DNA of 64,000 nucleotides from an uncultured Methanosarcinales archaeon (GTDB taxonomy: Archaea; Nanobdellota; Nanobdellia; Woesearchaeales; UBA583). The notes under the pieces were generated by a model. It ran no database searches. It saw only the letters and a program-made list of their open reading frames with translations, and was not told where the DNA came from. The DNA is taken from assembly GCA_964351975.1 (NCBI GenBank), contig CAYGPK010000001.1, positions 85,270-149,269 on the forward strand. The letters run 5' to 3'. Shown in pieces: positions 27,162-38,605 of the stretch (positions within the stretch are counted from its first letter, which is position 1; the number at the start of each line of letters is the position of its first letter). The translations under genes and the position numbers were made by a program.

Positions 27162-29106
27162 TTTTAATTTCTTTATTATCTCTTTCTTTAGTTATTCCTT
27201 TAATGAAATCATCAATATTTGTTGTTGTTGTTTTATTATTTCTATCTCTATAAGAAATAGTTTTTTCTTCTAAATCTGTATCACCTATAATTAACAGATA
27301 ATTGGGTTTGTCATTTTCAAAGGAGAGTCTTATTTTATTTGATACAGTCTCGTGTTCATAATTAGTATCCACTCTGAAATTATTTTCTTCAAGTTTTTGT
27401 TTTATTTCATTACAATAATCAATGTGCCTATCAGCAACATTTATTATTTTAACTTGAATTGGTGCAAGCCATAAAGGAAATTTCCCTGCAAAGTGTTCAA
27501 TCATAACTGCCATAAATCTTTCTAATGATCCTAATATTGCTCTATGAATCATTACTGGTTGCATAGGACCTTTACCTTCTGATTCATATTTTAATTCAAA
27601 TCTTTGAGGAAGATTAAAGTCTAGTTGAATTGTTGCAGTTTGCCAAACTCTATTTAATGTGTCTCTTATTCTAAAGTCAATTTTAGGTCCATAAAAAGCA
27701 CCATCACCTTCACAAATTTTATATTCTTTATTGTTTCTTTCTATAGCGTTTGCTAATGATTTTTCTGCGGAATCCCATATTTCTTTAGTTCCTAGAAAGT
27801 CATCTGGTCTTGTTGAGAGTTCGATTTCATATTTCATTTGAAAAACATCTTTGTAAACGTAATCTACAAATTCTAAAAGTTTATCGATTTCATCTTCAAC
27901 TTGTTCCATTGTACAAAAAATATGAGCATCATCTTGACAAAATTTTCTAACTCTTGTTAAACCTGATAATGCCCCTGAAAGTTCATTTCTATGTAATGCT
28001 CCAAAATCTGCAATTCTTAGAGGTAGTTCTTTATATGATCTAAAATCATTTTTGAAAATTAAACAATGAGATGGACAATTCATAGGTTTTAATGAAAATT
28101 CTTGACCTTCAACATTAAATATAAACATATCATCTTTGTAATGTTCCCAATGCCCTGATGTTTCCCATAATTTTTTATTAAACATATTAGGAGTCATAAC
28201 TTCTTTGTAATCATATTTTTTATATTGTTCTCTTATGAAGTTTTGAAGTTCTTTCCACATATGAAATCCTTTTGGTAAAAAAAAAGTCATACCAGGTGCG
28301 TATTCGTGTGTCATAAATAAATCTAACCCTTTTCCTAGAATTCTATGGTCTCTTTTTTTTGCTTCCTCTAGCATTTCAAAGTATTCATCCATATCAGTTT
28401 TTTTCCAAAAAGCAGTACCGTAAACTCTATTTAATTGTTTATTGTTAGCATCTGCTCTCCAATATGCTTTAGTTACTTTTTCAAGTTTGAAAGCTTTAAT
28501 TAATCCAGTTTTAGGTAAGTGTGGACCAGTACATAAATCTTCGAATTCAGATTGTTTATAGAATTTAAATTTACCATTTTCTAAATTTCCTTCCTCAAGT
28601 TCTTCTTCTTTAAGATTTCCTTTTGAGATTGCTTCAATTATTTCTTTTTTGTATTCATTGTTTTTGAAATGTTTTAGAGCTTCTTCTTTTGTTTTATAAT
28701 TTATTGTTATTTCTAAATCTTCTTTGATTATTTTTTGCATCTCAGCTTCAATTTTAGGAAGTTTTTCATCAGTTATTTCATCACAATCAACATCATAGTA
28801 AAATCCATTTTCAATTGCAGGACCTATTGTTATTTTTGCTTTTGGAAATAATCTTAATACTGACTGTGCAAAAACGTGCGCTGTTGTGTGTCTTAAAATG
28901 TGAAGTGATTCCTCTGATTTAGATGTTATTATTTCAATACTGCTATCTGTGGTTATGGTAGTGCTTAAATCAATTAGTTTATTATCTATTTTTGCAGCAA
29001 TTGCCATTCTGGCAAGTCCTTCTGAAATAGATCTTGCAACATCAAGTGCTGTAGTCTCTTTTTCAAATTGTTTAATTGTTCCATCAGGTAGCGTTATTTT
29101 TACCAT
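27127..29106 (-). CDS. thrS: Threonyl-tRNA synthetase (bacterial type with TGS and editing domains)
   Basis: LRHTTAH, DLC.GPH, RDHR.LG, KPMNCP, GAFYGPK, IHRAILGS.ERF. Confidence 0.97.
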   Translation of the reverse strand: MVKITLPDGTIKQFEKETTALDVARSISEGLARMAIAAKIDNKLIDLSTTITTDSSIEIITSKSEESLHILRHTTAHVFAQSVLRLFPKAKITIGPAIENGFYYDVDCDEITDEKLPKIEAEMQKIIKEDLEITINYKTKEEALKHFKNNEYKKEIIEAISKGNLKEEELEEGNLENGKFKFYKQSEFEDLCTGPHLPKTGLIKAFKLEKVTKAYWRADANNKQLNRVYGTAFWKKTDMDEYFEMLEEAKKRDHRILGKGLDLFMTHEYAPGMTFFLPKGFHMWKELQNFIREQYKKYDYKEVMTPNMFNKKLWETSGHWEHYKDDMFIFNVEGQEFSLKPMNCPSHCLIFKNDFRSYKELPLRIADFGALHRNELSGALSGLTRVRKFCQDDAHIFCTMEQVEDEIDKLLEFVDYVYKDVFQMKYEIELSTRPDDFLGTKEIWDSAEKSLANAIERNNKEYKICEGDGAFYGPKIDFRIRDTLNRVWQTATIQLDFNLPQRFELKYESEGKGPMQPVMIHRAILGSLERFMAVMIEHFAGKFPLWLAPIQVKIINVADRHIDYCNEIKQKLEENNFRVDTNYEHETVSNKIRLSFENDKPNYLLIIGDTDLEEKTISYRDRNNKTTTTNIDDFIKGITKERDNKEIKNGEENKASPSL

Positions 29107-29202
29107 ATATGAATAAAAAAGTCAGGTTTTATAAATTCTTTGTTCTCTTTTAGATAAAAATTAGATAAAAATATTTATATATATTAAAGCATATTTCTTG
29201 TT

Positions 29203-30006
29203 ATGCTAGAAAAAAAGATAGATGAAAACTTCATTATATTCTTGAGGGGCCAATTTAATGATAGAAAAAAAGAGTTGACAGATGAAAGAGTTGAATTGAC
29301 AAAATTATGGCTTTCTATTTTTAATGATTTATCTAGTAAAAATTTATCTATTGAAGATGAAACAAATCTGAGAGAAAAGATATCTGAGAATATCGGTTTG
29401 TATATAAATTTAAATAAGGAGATAGAATCTAAACGTAAAGAGATATGGAAGTTCATTCTGGAGTTGATTTCAAAAGATTTTGAAGATTCATACAATTCTG
29501 TCAATAGTCAGTTTTTTTCGCAAGTTTTAAACTTAAGTGAACATATCAACAATTTAAATATAATATTTGGAGAATCTAATTTAAATACTTTTTTACAAGA
29601 CTTACAAAAAAGTGTTAACGATAAAAATTTCTTAATTTCTGAACTTAGATATAGATTTAATTTATTTTTTAATAGGTTTTATGATAAAACAGAAGATACT
29701 TTACCTATTGAAATTTGTAGATCTCTTTCTATTTTGACTTTTTTATTTAATATTGTTAGAGATTTAGAAAAGAATCTAGACTCATCATTGTCAATTAGTT
29801 TAGTTTATTTCTGTAATGGATTTCTAATAGATTATTTAATTGCTATAGAACCTCTTCAGTTTATAGATTTGAAAGATAATAATATGAATATATCTTTTTT
29901 TAAAGGTGATATTTTCCATTATGATGGAGAAAGCTGTTCAATAACCAAGATTTATAACAAACTACTTGTGATTGATAAGTATTTATTTTCTAGTTTAAAT
30001 AAATAG
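29203..30006 (+). CDS. Hypothetical protein
   Basis: 267-aa helical ORF; no motif recognised. Confidence 0.6.
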   Translation: MLEKKIDENFIIFLRGQFNDRKKELTDERVELTKLWLSIFNDLSSKNLSIEDETNLREKISENIGLYINLNKEIESKRKEIWKFILELISKDFEDSYNSVNSQFFSQVLNLSEHINNLNIIFGESNLNTFLQDLQKSVNDKNFLISELRYRFNLFFNRFYDKTEDTLPIEICRSLSILTFLFNIVRDLEKNLDSSLSISLVYFCNGFLIDYLIAIEPLQFIDLKDNNMNISFFKGDIFHYDGESCSITKIYNKLLVIDKYLFSSLNK

Positions 30007-30101
30007 AGCAATTTTTATTTTTTTTTATTTTTTTAGAGATAAATAATTTTTTTATATATATAATTAGTTTTATTAATAGCATTTGATTACTATTAGTTAA
30101 G

Positions 30102-30776
30102 ATGAGTAAGAAAGTAGTTTTAATGGAATTTGAAAGTAATCCTAATGTTGGGCTTTATATGTTTGCAAATGATAAATTTTGTCTTTTAGGATGTGAAGTA
30201 GATTCAGCGAAGAAAAAAGAGATAGAGAGTGTTTTAGGAGTTAAGGTTTATACTGTTACAGTACTGGGTACAGAGCTTGTAGGAGTTTTTGTTTCAGGTA
30301 ATAATGAAACTTTAGTAATTCCAGAGATGTTTGATTATGAGAGAAAAGTAATTGATAATATTTGTCAAGAATATGGTGTTAAATTACTTGTTATGGATAA
30401 TAAAATTAATACTTATGGAAATAGTATGTGTATGGGTAAAGAAGAGATTTTAATTAATTCAGATTATGATTTAGATTTTGTTAAGAAATTGAAAAAAAAG
30501 ACAGAATTGGAAGTTCACAAAATTAAAAATAAAGAATTTAAGGCAACAGGGGGGGTAATTAGATTTTTAAATGGAAAATATTATGCTTCTCAAGATTTAG
30601 AGAAAGAAGATGTTAAAGTTGTTTTAGATAAAATAGCAGGAGTTGGTAGTGTTAATTCTGGAGCTAGTTTTGTATCAAGTGGAATTGTTGGTAATTCAAA
30701 TGGACTTATTTTAGGTTCAATGTGTTCAACTGTTGAAATTCAAGATATTGTTGAGAGCTTAGATTATTTAGATTAA
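30102..30776 (+). CDS. eif6: Translation initiation factor aIF-6
   Basis: NPNVG, GT.LVG...GN, GSVN.G..V.SG..GNS.G..G. Confidence 0.88.
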   Translation: MSKKVVLMEFESNPNVGLYMFANDKFCLLGCEVDSAKKKEIESVLGVKVYTVTVLGTELVGVFVSGNNETLVIPEMFDYERKVIDNICQEYGVKLLVMDNKINTYGNSMCMGKEEILINSDYDLDFVKKLKKKTELEVHKIKNKEFKATGGVIRFLNGKYYASQDLEKEDVKVVLDKIAGVGSVNSGASFVSSGIVGNSNGLILGSMCSTVEIQDIVESLDYLD

Positions 30777-30782
30777 AATAGA

Positions 30783-31523
30783 ATGTTTGGGGCATTAGAT
30801 ATAGCTTATTGGCAATTGTATTCAAAGAAATTAGATCATCTAATAGGGGAGGAACATTTTGAAGAACCTTTGTTTGTAGATAGAAAAACTCAAGATTTAT
30901 GGGTTTGTTTTTTGCCTTGGCGAACATCTTTAAAAGAAGCTAATTTATTTGGCTTACTTCCTAGAAATGATTCTTTGCTTATTTATGAAGGTCCACCCAG
31001 TTTAGTAGGAACTACACCAACTCAAGCAAAAGAGAGTTTGCTTAGATTAATTGATTATTTTGATGAACATAAATTTATGGATATGTTTAATTGCAAAGTT
31101 TTAGGATTAAGTATTGGCACTTTACCAGCTTTTTATTTAGCCAATCATTTTTCTGTACAAAAAATAGTCACAGTTGCTGCAGGGGCAAGATTAGGTGAAA
31201 ATATTTATTCAAGTTTAGCAACTCAAGAAGTTAAAAAGAGAGCAATTTTAAATGGTTTTGAAACTTCAGAAGATTATGATCATAGAATGAAAGGATACAA
31301 TCCTATTGATAATTTAGATGATTTACCTTTTGGAGAGATTTATATTGAACTAGCAGAATTTGATAAACATATACCAACAAGAAGTGGGATGACTCTGATA
31401 AGCGAATTAAGAAAGAAAAAGATTGGTCATACTTTTCAATTAAATAGATGTGGTGATCATAGTTCAACTATTTTAGGTTGGGGGATGAGAAATAGATTTG
31501 GACAACTTCCTTATATGAATTAA
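30783..31523 (+). CDS. Alpha/beta hydrolase fold protein
   Basis: GLSIG nucleophile elbow, FDKHIP Asp, C-terminal DH. Confidence 0.75.
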   Translation: MFGALDIAYWQLYSKKLDHLIGEEHFEEPLFVDRKTQDLWVCFLPWRTSLKEANLFGLLPRNDSLLIYEGPPSLVGTTPTQAKESLLRLIDYFDEHKFMDMFNCKVLGLSIGTLPAFYLANHFSVQKIVTVAAGARLGENIYSSLATQEVKKRAILNGFETSEDYDHRMKGYNPIDNLDDLPFGEIYIELAEFDKHIPTRSGMTLISELRKKKIGHTFQLNRCGDHSSTILGWGMRNRFGQLPYMN

Positions 31524-31577
31524 TTTACCTTTATGTGAATAGTAATCTATATAAATACTTTTGATTAAATTATATAT

Positions 31578-31883
31578 ATGATACCCATTGTTTTTTATAC
31601 TATAGGATTTGTTTTTTATTGCGCTTTTTGCCTTGTGACGTTTGATGTTTATTCTAAAAAGAGAGAACATACGAATCCACTTATTTTAAGTATGATTTTT
31701 GTTTATTATTCAATTCTTGCAGCGTATATTGTAAGTATAATGGAAACATCAACTGATGTTTTTGTTTTATCAATTGAAATTTTAATTTATGTTTTAGGAA
31801 GTGGTTTTTTATGTTTTTATTATTATAATACTGCAATTAGACCTAAGGATTCGGATTATGAAAAAGAAAGAAACGAATTTTAA
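31578..31883 (+). CDS. Small three-TM protein
   Basis: Three hydrophobic segments; leaderless-type TATA spacing. Confidence 0.65.
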   Translation: MIPIVFYTIGFVFYCAFCLVTFDVYSKKREHTNPLILSMIFVYYSILAAYIVSIMETSTDVFVLSIEILIYVLGSGFLCFYYYNTAIRPKDSDYEKERNEF

Positions 31884-31992
31884 TTCTAAATATCTATTTT
31901 TCTAATTTTTTCGTTATTTTAATGTTTACATAGTTATACTATGCTACACACTAAAATGTCTCAAACTTAAAAAAATATCTAATTTAGAATTT

Positions 31993-32511
31993 TTAATAAC
32001 ATTCGTTGTAGAATTCTTTGATTAATCTTCCTTCAATATTTTCAATTGAATATTTATGAACATTATAACCTTTATTTTTAACCCATTCTACAAATTTTTT
32101 TTTTTGTTCACCTGACATTAATTTGTAGTATATAAAAGTTTCACATTCAAAATTTACATCACAGTGCCCAATTCTTAAATCTTTTTTTGGTCCTTCTAGT
32201 TGTTCTTTAGGAACTATTTCATTTATTTTATTATGAAGTGGACAGGCAAAACAAGTTTCACTAAATTGAACTAGATTAAAGCAAACCCCAGATTTTGGAA
32301 ATTCATCATTATCATATCTTTTTTTGAAATTAATTAGAGCTGTTTCATTATCTTGTTCTTTTTCTAGTTCCTCGTTTAGCTCAATTGTATTTTCTTGAAT
32401 ATCTCTCAATACTTCTTTCTCAGTTGTAAGACCGGGAGAACAACAACCGTAACAGCTGATGCCGAGTTCAGGTATTTGACATGGGACTTTTGGCGGTTGA
32501 GAATAGGTCAT
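31993..32511 (-). CDS. Cys-rich putative metal or Fe-S binding protein
   Basis: CQ...SCYGCC, C.NL, CPLH, C...F.C. Confidence 0.75.
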   Translation of the reverse strand: MTYSQPPKVPCQIPELGISCYGCCSPGLTTEKEVLRDIQENTIELNEELEKEQDNETALINFKKRYDNDEFPKSGVCFNLVQFSETCFACPLHNKINEIVPKEQLEGPKKDLRIGHCDVNFECETFIYYKLMSGEQKKKFVEWVKNKGYNVHKYSIENIEGRLIKEFYNECY

Positions 32512-32517
32512 ATTTTA

Positions 32518-34515
32518 TTAACAAATTTTACCTTCTATATTTTTATCAATTGTAATGCTTTCAATTTCTTTGTTATCATATAATACTTTTAATTTTTTTC
32601 CAAACATCTCAATTTTTTTAAATTGTTTTGAATTAATTATTTTATCGTTATTTGCAGTTTTTTTATCACAAATTAAATTAGTTCCATGTTTTAATTCAGA
32701 TGTTAAAAGTGCAACTTCACCTTTTTCGCTCTCACATGCAAGAATCATTCCATTTGATTCGTAGCCACCTAATTTTGCAGGTTTTAGATTTGTTATTACA
32801 ATAACATTTTTATTTTGTAATTCTTCTAATTTGTATATCTCTTGAAGTCCTGAAACTATTTGTCTTGTTTCTTTTCCTAAATCAACTTGAATAATATATA
32901 GTTTAGTTGAGTCTGGATGTTTTTCGATTTTTGAAATTTTTCCAGCAGTTAAATTTAATTTTTCAAAGCCTTGTTTTTCATCTGAGTTATTTTGATTGTT
33001 ATTATTTTCTTTTTTTTCTTCTAGTTTTATTTTTTCAAAAATATTTTCTTTTTCTGCAAGTTTGTGATTTTCTTTCATGAATTCAAATTTGAAGATTTTA
33101 TCATTTTCTAAATTAAATTGTTTGAAAATTAATTTTGATTTTTCAGGCATGAAACAATCAATATATTTTGCAATTAGAATACAAGTTGAGCAAAGCGTAT
33201 TTATTATTGTAGCAAGTCTTTTTTGATCTTGTTCTTTCCAAGGTGAGACTTTATTTACATAAGCATTACTTTCACGAATTGCAAACCAAATTGTTTCTAG
33301 AGTTTTATGGATTTCAACACCATTCATTTCAGTTTTTATTTTTTCAAAAATATTTAAAGTTTCTAAAAGTTCTGTTTCATTATTTGTTAACTTATCAACT
33401 TTAGGTATTCCAGTTGGAAAATATTTATTTGCCATTGCATGAACTCTTGATACTAAATTTCCTAAATCATTATTTAAATCATTATTAACTTTTTGAGCAA
33501 ATTCTTTCATCTCAAAATTTTGATTTTCTCCAAAACTACCGCCTGAAAATAGATAATATCTCAGTTCATCAACTCCGTATTCTTTTGCAATTTTAATTGG
33601 ATCAATAACATTACCCATTGATTTACCCATTTTTTCTCCTTCAACTGTCCACCAACCGTGTGCAAAAACTTTCTTTGGTGTTTCATATCCTGTTGACATT
33701 AAAAATGCAGGCCAATAAACTTTGTGAAACCACATAATATCTTTTCCAACCATATGAAGGTTTGCCGGCCAAAAATTTTCTTTATTATTTTCTTTTAGAG
33801 CTGAGAGGTAATTGAAAAGTGCATCGAACCAAACATATGTTACATGCTCTGAATCAAATGGCAATTCAATCCCCCAAGTTAAAGTTTTTTTATTTCTTGA
33901 AATTGAAATATCTTGGAGTCCTTCTTTAACTCTATTTAGTGTTTCTTGAGAGATTGATTTTGGAGATAAAAATTTAGGGTTTGTTTTATATAATTCAAGT
34001 AGTTTATCTTGATATTTTGATAATCTAAAAAAATAGTTTTCTTCTTCCATTTCATCAACTTTTTTTTTATGAATTGAACAGATGTTACCTTCTAATAATT
34101 CATCTTCTTTGTAATACTGCTCACAATCAATACAGTACAATCCTTTGTATTTTGCTTTGTAAATATCCCCATTATCAAATGATTTTTGAAGCATCCCTTG
34201 AACAAATCTTTTATGGTGTTCATCAGTTGTTCTAATAAAATAATCATATGAAACGTTTAATACTTTTAATTGAGATTTAAAATGTGGAATAAGTGAGTCA
34301 ACAAATTGCTTTGGTTTTATTTTTGCTTCTGTTGCTTTTTTCTCAACTTTTTGTCCGTGTTCATCTGTTCCTGTTGTAAAAAATACTTCTTTACCTATAT
34401 TTCTATTCCACCTTGCAATAATATCACAGGCAACGGATGTGTAGGCGTGTCCTAAGTGAGGTTTACCAGATGCGTAATAGATAGGCGTTGTAATGTAAAA
34501 AGTCTTGTCTGTCAT
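32518..34515 (-). CDS. metG: Methionyl-tRNA synthetase with C-terminal tRNA-binding OB domain
   Basis: TTPIYY..G.PHLGH, GTDEHG, YVWFDAL, KMGKS, QIVSG, GYESNGM. Confidence 0.97.
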   Translation of the reverse strand: MTDKTFYITTPIYYASGKPHLGHAYTSVACDIIARWNRNIGKEVFFTTGTDEHGQKVEKKATEAKIKPKQFVDSLIPHFKSQLKVLNVSYDYFIRTTDEHHKRFVQGMLQKSFDNGDIYKAKYKGLYCIDCEQYYKEDELLEGNICSIHKKKVDEMEEENYFFRLSKYQDKLLELYKTNPKFLSPKSISQETLNRVKEGLQDISISRNKKTLTWGIELPFDSEHVTYVWFDALFNYLSALKENNKENFWPANLHMVGKDIMWFHKVYWPAFLMSTGYETPKKVFAHGWWTVEGEKMGKSMGNVIDPIKIAKEYGVDELRYYLFSGGSFGENQNFEMKEFAQKVNNDLNNDLGNLVSRVHAMANKYFPTGIPKVDKLTNNETELLETLNIFEKIKTEMNGVEIHKTLETIWFAIRESNAYVNKVSPWKEQDQKRLATIINTLCSTCILIAKYIDCFMPEKSKLIFKQFNLENDKIFKFEFMKENHKLAEKENIFEKIKLEEKKENNNNQNNSDEKQGFEKLNLTAGKISKIEKHPDSTKLYIIQVDLGKETRQIVSGLQEIYKLEELQNKNVIVITNLKPAKLGGYESNGMILACESEKGEVALLTSELKHGTNLICDKKTANNDKIINSKQFKKIEMFGKKLKVLYDNKEIESITIDKNIEGKIC

Positions 34516-34549
34516 AAGTTTACTAATGAAAGGTTGTTTATAAATATAA

Positions 34550-35431
34550 TTAATTTTCTTTATTTTTACCTAAAAATTCAATATTTATTACTTTCCCTTT
34601 TTTAGTATCAATTTCAACTAAAGTATTTACATTTCCACCAAAACCTGCGTTTATACAAATTGTTTTACCAATTTTATCTTTTCCATAACCTTCGTGCATA
34701 TGTCCACCTATGCAAAGTAGAGGTTGATATTTTTCAATTAAACCTTTTGCTATAACTGAGCCGAAATGGTGTCCATCTCTAGGTGATTCCTTATTGTTAA
34801 TTTTGTCTAATTTAGTCTGAAATGGAACATTGTGTGAAACAAATATAATTGGTTTTTTACTATTTTCAAATAAAGTTGATAACTTAGCAAAAGTTTTATC
34901 AAAATCATTTTTAGTTTTTTTAAGTTGTTCTTTTGTATAGAGATTTAAATCTTGCTTATATTGTGGATATTCTGGTCCAGAAATTATTCCATGACCAATA
35001 AAAGAGAGATTTTCAGTTTCAATTTTCTTGTGATGAAGGTCAATAATATTTGGCAAATTTTTAATTAATTCTTTGTAAAAATTATTTTTTAAATAATCCC
35101 AATTAGATTCTTCTCCAGTCCAATCCCAATTCCCGGGAGTTATATATATGGGGACATTTAATGAATTTAGATATTCTAATACTTTTCTTCCGTTTTTTAG
35201 AGATTCTTTAATTATAATTTTAGCTTTTCTTTTTCCACAAATATCATACCAAGTTGTTTTATTTTTTGGGTTTTTTAATTGTTTTTTTAAAGACTCAAAC
35301 ATTAGTGGTTTTGATTCATCACTACAAAAATCACCAGGTCCAATTATTGCATCAAAGTCTTTAGCATGCATAATTGGCATTGCTCCGTGTAAATCTCCAA
35401 TTATTAAAAATTTCACAATATTTTTAGTCAT
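34550..35431 (-). CDS. Calcineurin-like metallophosphoesterase
   Basis: GDLHG, GD, PGNWD, SHNVP, GHMHE. Confidence 0.92.
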   Translation of the reverse strand: MTKNIVKFLIIGDLHGAMPIMHAKDFDAIIGPGDFCSDESKPLMFESLKKQLKNPKNKTTWYDICGKRKAKIIIKESLKNGRKVLEYLNSLNVPIYITPGNWDWTGEESNWDYLKNNFYKELIKNLPNIIDLHHKKIETENLSFIGHGIISGPEYPQYKQDLNLYTKEQLKKTKNDFDKTFAKLSTLFENSKKPIIFVSHNVPFQTKLDKINNKESPRDGHHFGSVIAKGLIEKYQPLLCIGGHMHEGYGKDKIGKTICINAGFGGNVNTLVEIDTKKGKVINIEFLGKNKEN

Positions 35432-35462
35432 GTTTTATTTTAAATAAAGTTTTTTATAAAAC

Positions 35463-38132
35463 TTAGTTTTCAAAGAAATGATATTTATCTTGTATGAAAT
35501 TACCAAGTGTGTTTAGTAAAAATACTATTAATGTTGCTCCAAGTATCATTGTCCAATCTGTAAATCCTAAAAATACGGTTCCAAAGAAAATATTAATAGG
35601 AGTGTAAATTACAATTAATTGTAATATTAATGAAATGCATACTGCCCATACTAAATAGGGATTTGAGAATGGACCTAAATTATATTCTGTTCTAATTGCT
35701 TGAAGCCGAACTAGTTCCATTACGATAATTGCTGTAAATGCTATTGTTTGAATTTTTTCTAAAGAAAAACCTTTATTTTGTGCCCATACAATTAGAGCAA
35801 GAATTGCAATAGTTATTAGAATACCAACATAAACTACGTGAAACATCATTTCCTTATCCATAATTCCTTCTGAGGCTTTTTTAGGGGGCTTTGACATTAA
35901 CTTATCAGATTTAGGATCAGCACTTAGAGCAAGAGCAGGTAGTCCATCTGTTACAAGGTTTAACCATAAAAGCATAATTGCAGTCATAGGTAGAGGAAGT
36001 CCAAGTACTATTGCAAAGAAAATTAATAGTACTTCTGCTAAATTTGAAGAGAATAAATAGTTTACAAATTTTTTAATGTTTTCATAAATTCCTCTTCCTT
36101 CTTCAACGGCATTTACAATACTTGTGAATTTGTCATCAAGAAGAATCATCTCTGATGATTCTTTAGCAACATCTGTCCCATTTATACCCATTGCAATTCC
36201 CATATCAGCAGCTTTAATTGCAGGTGCATCATTTACTCCATCACCAGTCATTGCAACAACTTCACCTTGCTCTTGAAGAAGTTTTACTATTTGCATTTTA
36301 TGAATAGGTTCAACTCTTGCAAAAATTCTTATTTTTTTTATTATTTTCTTTTTTTCAGATTCAGAGAGTTTTGCAAAGTCTTCTCCATTCATAGATTCAC
36401 CTACAATTCCTATTTCTTTACCAATTGCAGCTGCTGTAATCTTATTATCACCAGTTATCATTATTACTTTAATTCCTGCAGTATTACATTTTGCAATTGC
36501 TTCTTTAACATCTAAATGAGGTGGGTCAATCATTGCTTGAAGTCCAACAAATATTAAATTAGATTCATTTTTTTCTTTTGAATTATATATTTTATATGCA
36601 AACCCTAAAACTCTTAGAGCAGAGCTTGCATAATTTTCATTTTGTTTTAGAATAGCTTTTTTATCAGAATCGTTTATGTTTCTAATTTTTCCATTGTCAA
36701 GAATTTTTTTACAAATTTTTAGAACTTGTTCTGGTGCTCCTTTAGTATGAACAATTTTTTCTTTTGTTTTACTATTTTCATTAATTGTACTCATTAATTT
36801 TCTATCAGAATCAAATGGTTCTTCATCTATTTTTTTCCAAAGTTTATTTGTTTCATCAAGATTAAAATCTGCTTTTTTTGCTGAAACTAAAAGAGCACCC
36901 TCAGTTGGATCTCCCGTTATTTTCCATAAATTTTTTTCTTTTAGAAGTGAAGCTGAATTACAAAGAAGTCCAATTCTAAATATTAGATTATCAATTTTTT
37001 TTGAAAGTGTTCCTTGTGGATTATATCCAATACCATCAATTTCACATTCAGAATCAATAGTCCAAACTTTTCTAACGGTCATTTGATTTTTAGTTAGTGT
37101 TCCAGTTTTATCAGTACATATAACTGTTGTTTCACCAAGTGTTTCAACTGATGGTAGTTTACGAATAAGTGCATTTTTTTTAACCATTGCTTTAACACCA
37201 AGAGCAAGAGCGATTGTAACAATTGCAGGAAGGCCTTCTGGAACTGCAGCAACAGCAAGGGAAATTGCAGTTAGAAACCAGTCTTTAGATGCAAAAACAA
37301 ATTCAGAGAATTGTCCTGAAAATAGAAGAGGAAGATAACCATCTTTAGTTACACCAACAATAAATATAATAGCACAAATAGCAAGAGTTGCACTTGCAAC
37401 CCATTTTCCAAATTGTTCTAATTTTTTTTGAAGTGGAGTCATTTCATTTTCAGTTGTATTTAGAAGATTTGCAATTTTTCCAATTTCGGTTTCCATTGCA
37501 ATTGAAGTTACTATTGCTCTTCCTTTTCCTTTTGTAATTATTGTTCCTGAAAACAACATATTTTTTCGATCAGCAACAGTTAAGTTCCCTTTTATTTCAT
37601 CTACTTGTTTAGATACTGGAACTGATTCCCCTGTTAACGCTGCTTCTTCAACACTTAGATTTTTACACTCAATAATTCTACAATCAGCAGGAATTTTATC
37701 TCCTTCTTCAAGAATTACAATATCACCTGGAACTAGTTCACTTACATCAATTTGTATTATTTGTTCATTTCTAAGTACTCTTGTTTTTAATGCGGAGATT
37801 TTTCTTAGAGCTTCTATTGATTTTTCTGCTCTGTACTCTTGTAAAAATCCAAACACCGCATTGAATACTAAAATAATTAAAATAATAATTGCCTCTGTGT
37901 ATTCTTTAGAGATAAAGGAGATTATAACTGCAAAGATTAAAATGTATATGATGAAACTTTTAAATTGATTGATGAATAGAATAAATGGATTTATTTTTTC
38001 TTTTTCAGTAAGTTTATTTTCTCCATATTTGTTTTGTCTAGTTTTAACTTCAGATGGAGAAAGTCCTGTTTGAGAATTGGATTTTAATTCTTTAATTGTA
38101 TCATTATAAGAGAGGTTGTAATAGTTTAACAT
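35463..38132 (-). CDS. P-type IIA (Ca2+-type) cation-transporting ATPase
   Basis: [31 protein letters not shown]. Confidence 0.96.
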   Translation of the reverse strand: MLNYYNLSYNDTIKELKSNSQTGLSPSEVKTRQNKYGENKLTEKEKINPFILFINQFKSFIIYILIFAVIISFISKEYTEAIIILIILVFNAVFGFLQEYRAEKSIEALRKISALKTRVLRNEQIIQIDVSELVPGDIVILEEGDKIPADCRIIECKNLSVEEAALTGESVPVSKQVDEIKGNLTVADRKNMLFSGTIITKGKGRAIVTSIAMETEIGKIANLLNTTENEMTPLQKKLEQFGKWVASATLAICAIIFIVGVTKDGYLPLLFSGQFSEFVFASKDWFLTAISLAVAAVPEGLPAIVTIALALGVKAMVKKNALIRKLPSVETLGETTVICTDKTGTLTKNQMTVRKVWTIDSECEIDGIGYNPQGTLSKKIDNLIFRIGLLCNSASLLKEKNLWKITGDPTEGALLVSAKKADFNLDETNKLWKKIDEEPFDSDRKLMSTINENSKTKEKIVHTKGAPEQVLKICKKILDNGKIRNINDSDKKAILKQNENYASSALRVLGFAYKIYNSKEKNESNLIFVGLQAMIDPPHLDVKEAIAKCNTAGIKVIMITGDNKITAAAIGKEIGIVGESMNGEDFAKLSESEKKKIIKKIRIFARVEPIHKMQIVKLLQEQGEVVAMTGDGVNDAPAIKAADMGIAMGINGTDVAKESSEMILLDDKFTSIVNAVEEGRGIYENIKKFVNYLFSSNLAEVLLIFFAIVLGLPLPMTAIMLLWLNLVTDGLPALALSADPKSDKLMSKPPKKASEGIMDKEMMFHVVYVGILITIAILALIVWAQNKGFSLEKIQTIAFTAIIVMELVRLQAIRTEYNLGPFSNPYLVWAVCISLILQLIVIYTPINIFFGTVFLGFTDWTMILGATLIVFLLNTLGNFIQDKYHFFEN

Positions 38133-38216
38133 AGATATTTCTTAAGAAATGGATTTATAATAATTTATACTTATCTTAGAGTTAGAATATTAAAAAGATT
38201 AAATATATATTATTAA

Positions 38217-38486
38217 TTAACAAATATTTGTGTGGTGCTCATACATTAATGCAACGTCACCATCTTCGATAATTAAAAGATTTTGAATTTCAGTTTTAAT
38301 ATCAACTGAATCTACTCTTTTACTTTTTTGAATTAATTCATCAATTGCAATTGTAATTTTAGTTGCAATTTCTTCAGCTCTTTGTTCATTTAAATGAGCA
38401 TTAATTGCAGATGCGTAGACGGTTGTGTAAATTTTTTTCTCGTCATACTTTTCTGCGTGCCCCCCTCTTTTAACTACTATTACCAT
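38217..38486 (-). CDS. Stand-alone ATP-cone domain protein
   Basis: VVKR.G..E.YD..KI. Confidence 0.85.
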   Translation of the reverse strand: MVIVVKRGGHAEKYDEKKIYTTVYASAINAHLNEQRAEEIATKITIAIDELIQKSKRVDSVDIKTEIQNLLIIEDGDVALMYEHHTNIC

Positions 38487-38502
38487 ATTTTTTTCTTTAT
38501 TT

Positions 38503-38605
38503 TTAGTTTAAATTAATTGTTCCATTTGCAATCAACAAAAATCTTAGATTTTTGAGATCACAAATTTCACTTTTAGTTAAGGTTGATAGTTCCATTTGCA
38601 ATTAA
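38503..38605 (-). mobile_element. Hairpin micro-insertion with synonymously recoded C-terminal duplication
   Basis: 38503-38535 and 38573-38605 both encode LIANGTINLN*; CAAAAATC-TTA-GATTTTTG at 38536-38554. Confidence 0.88.
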
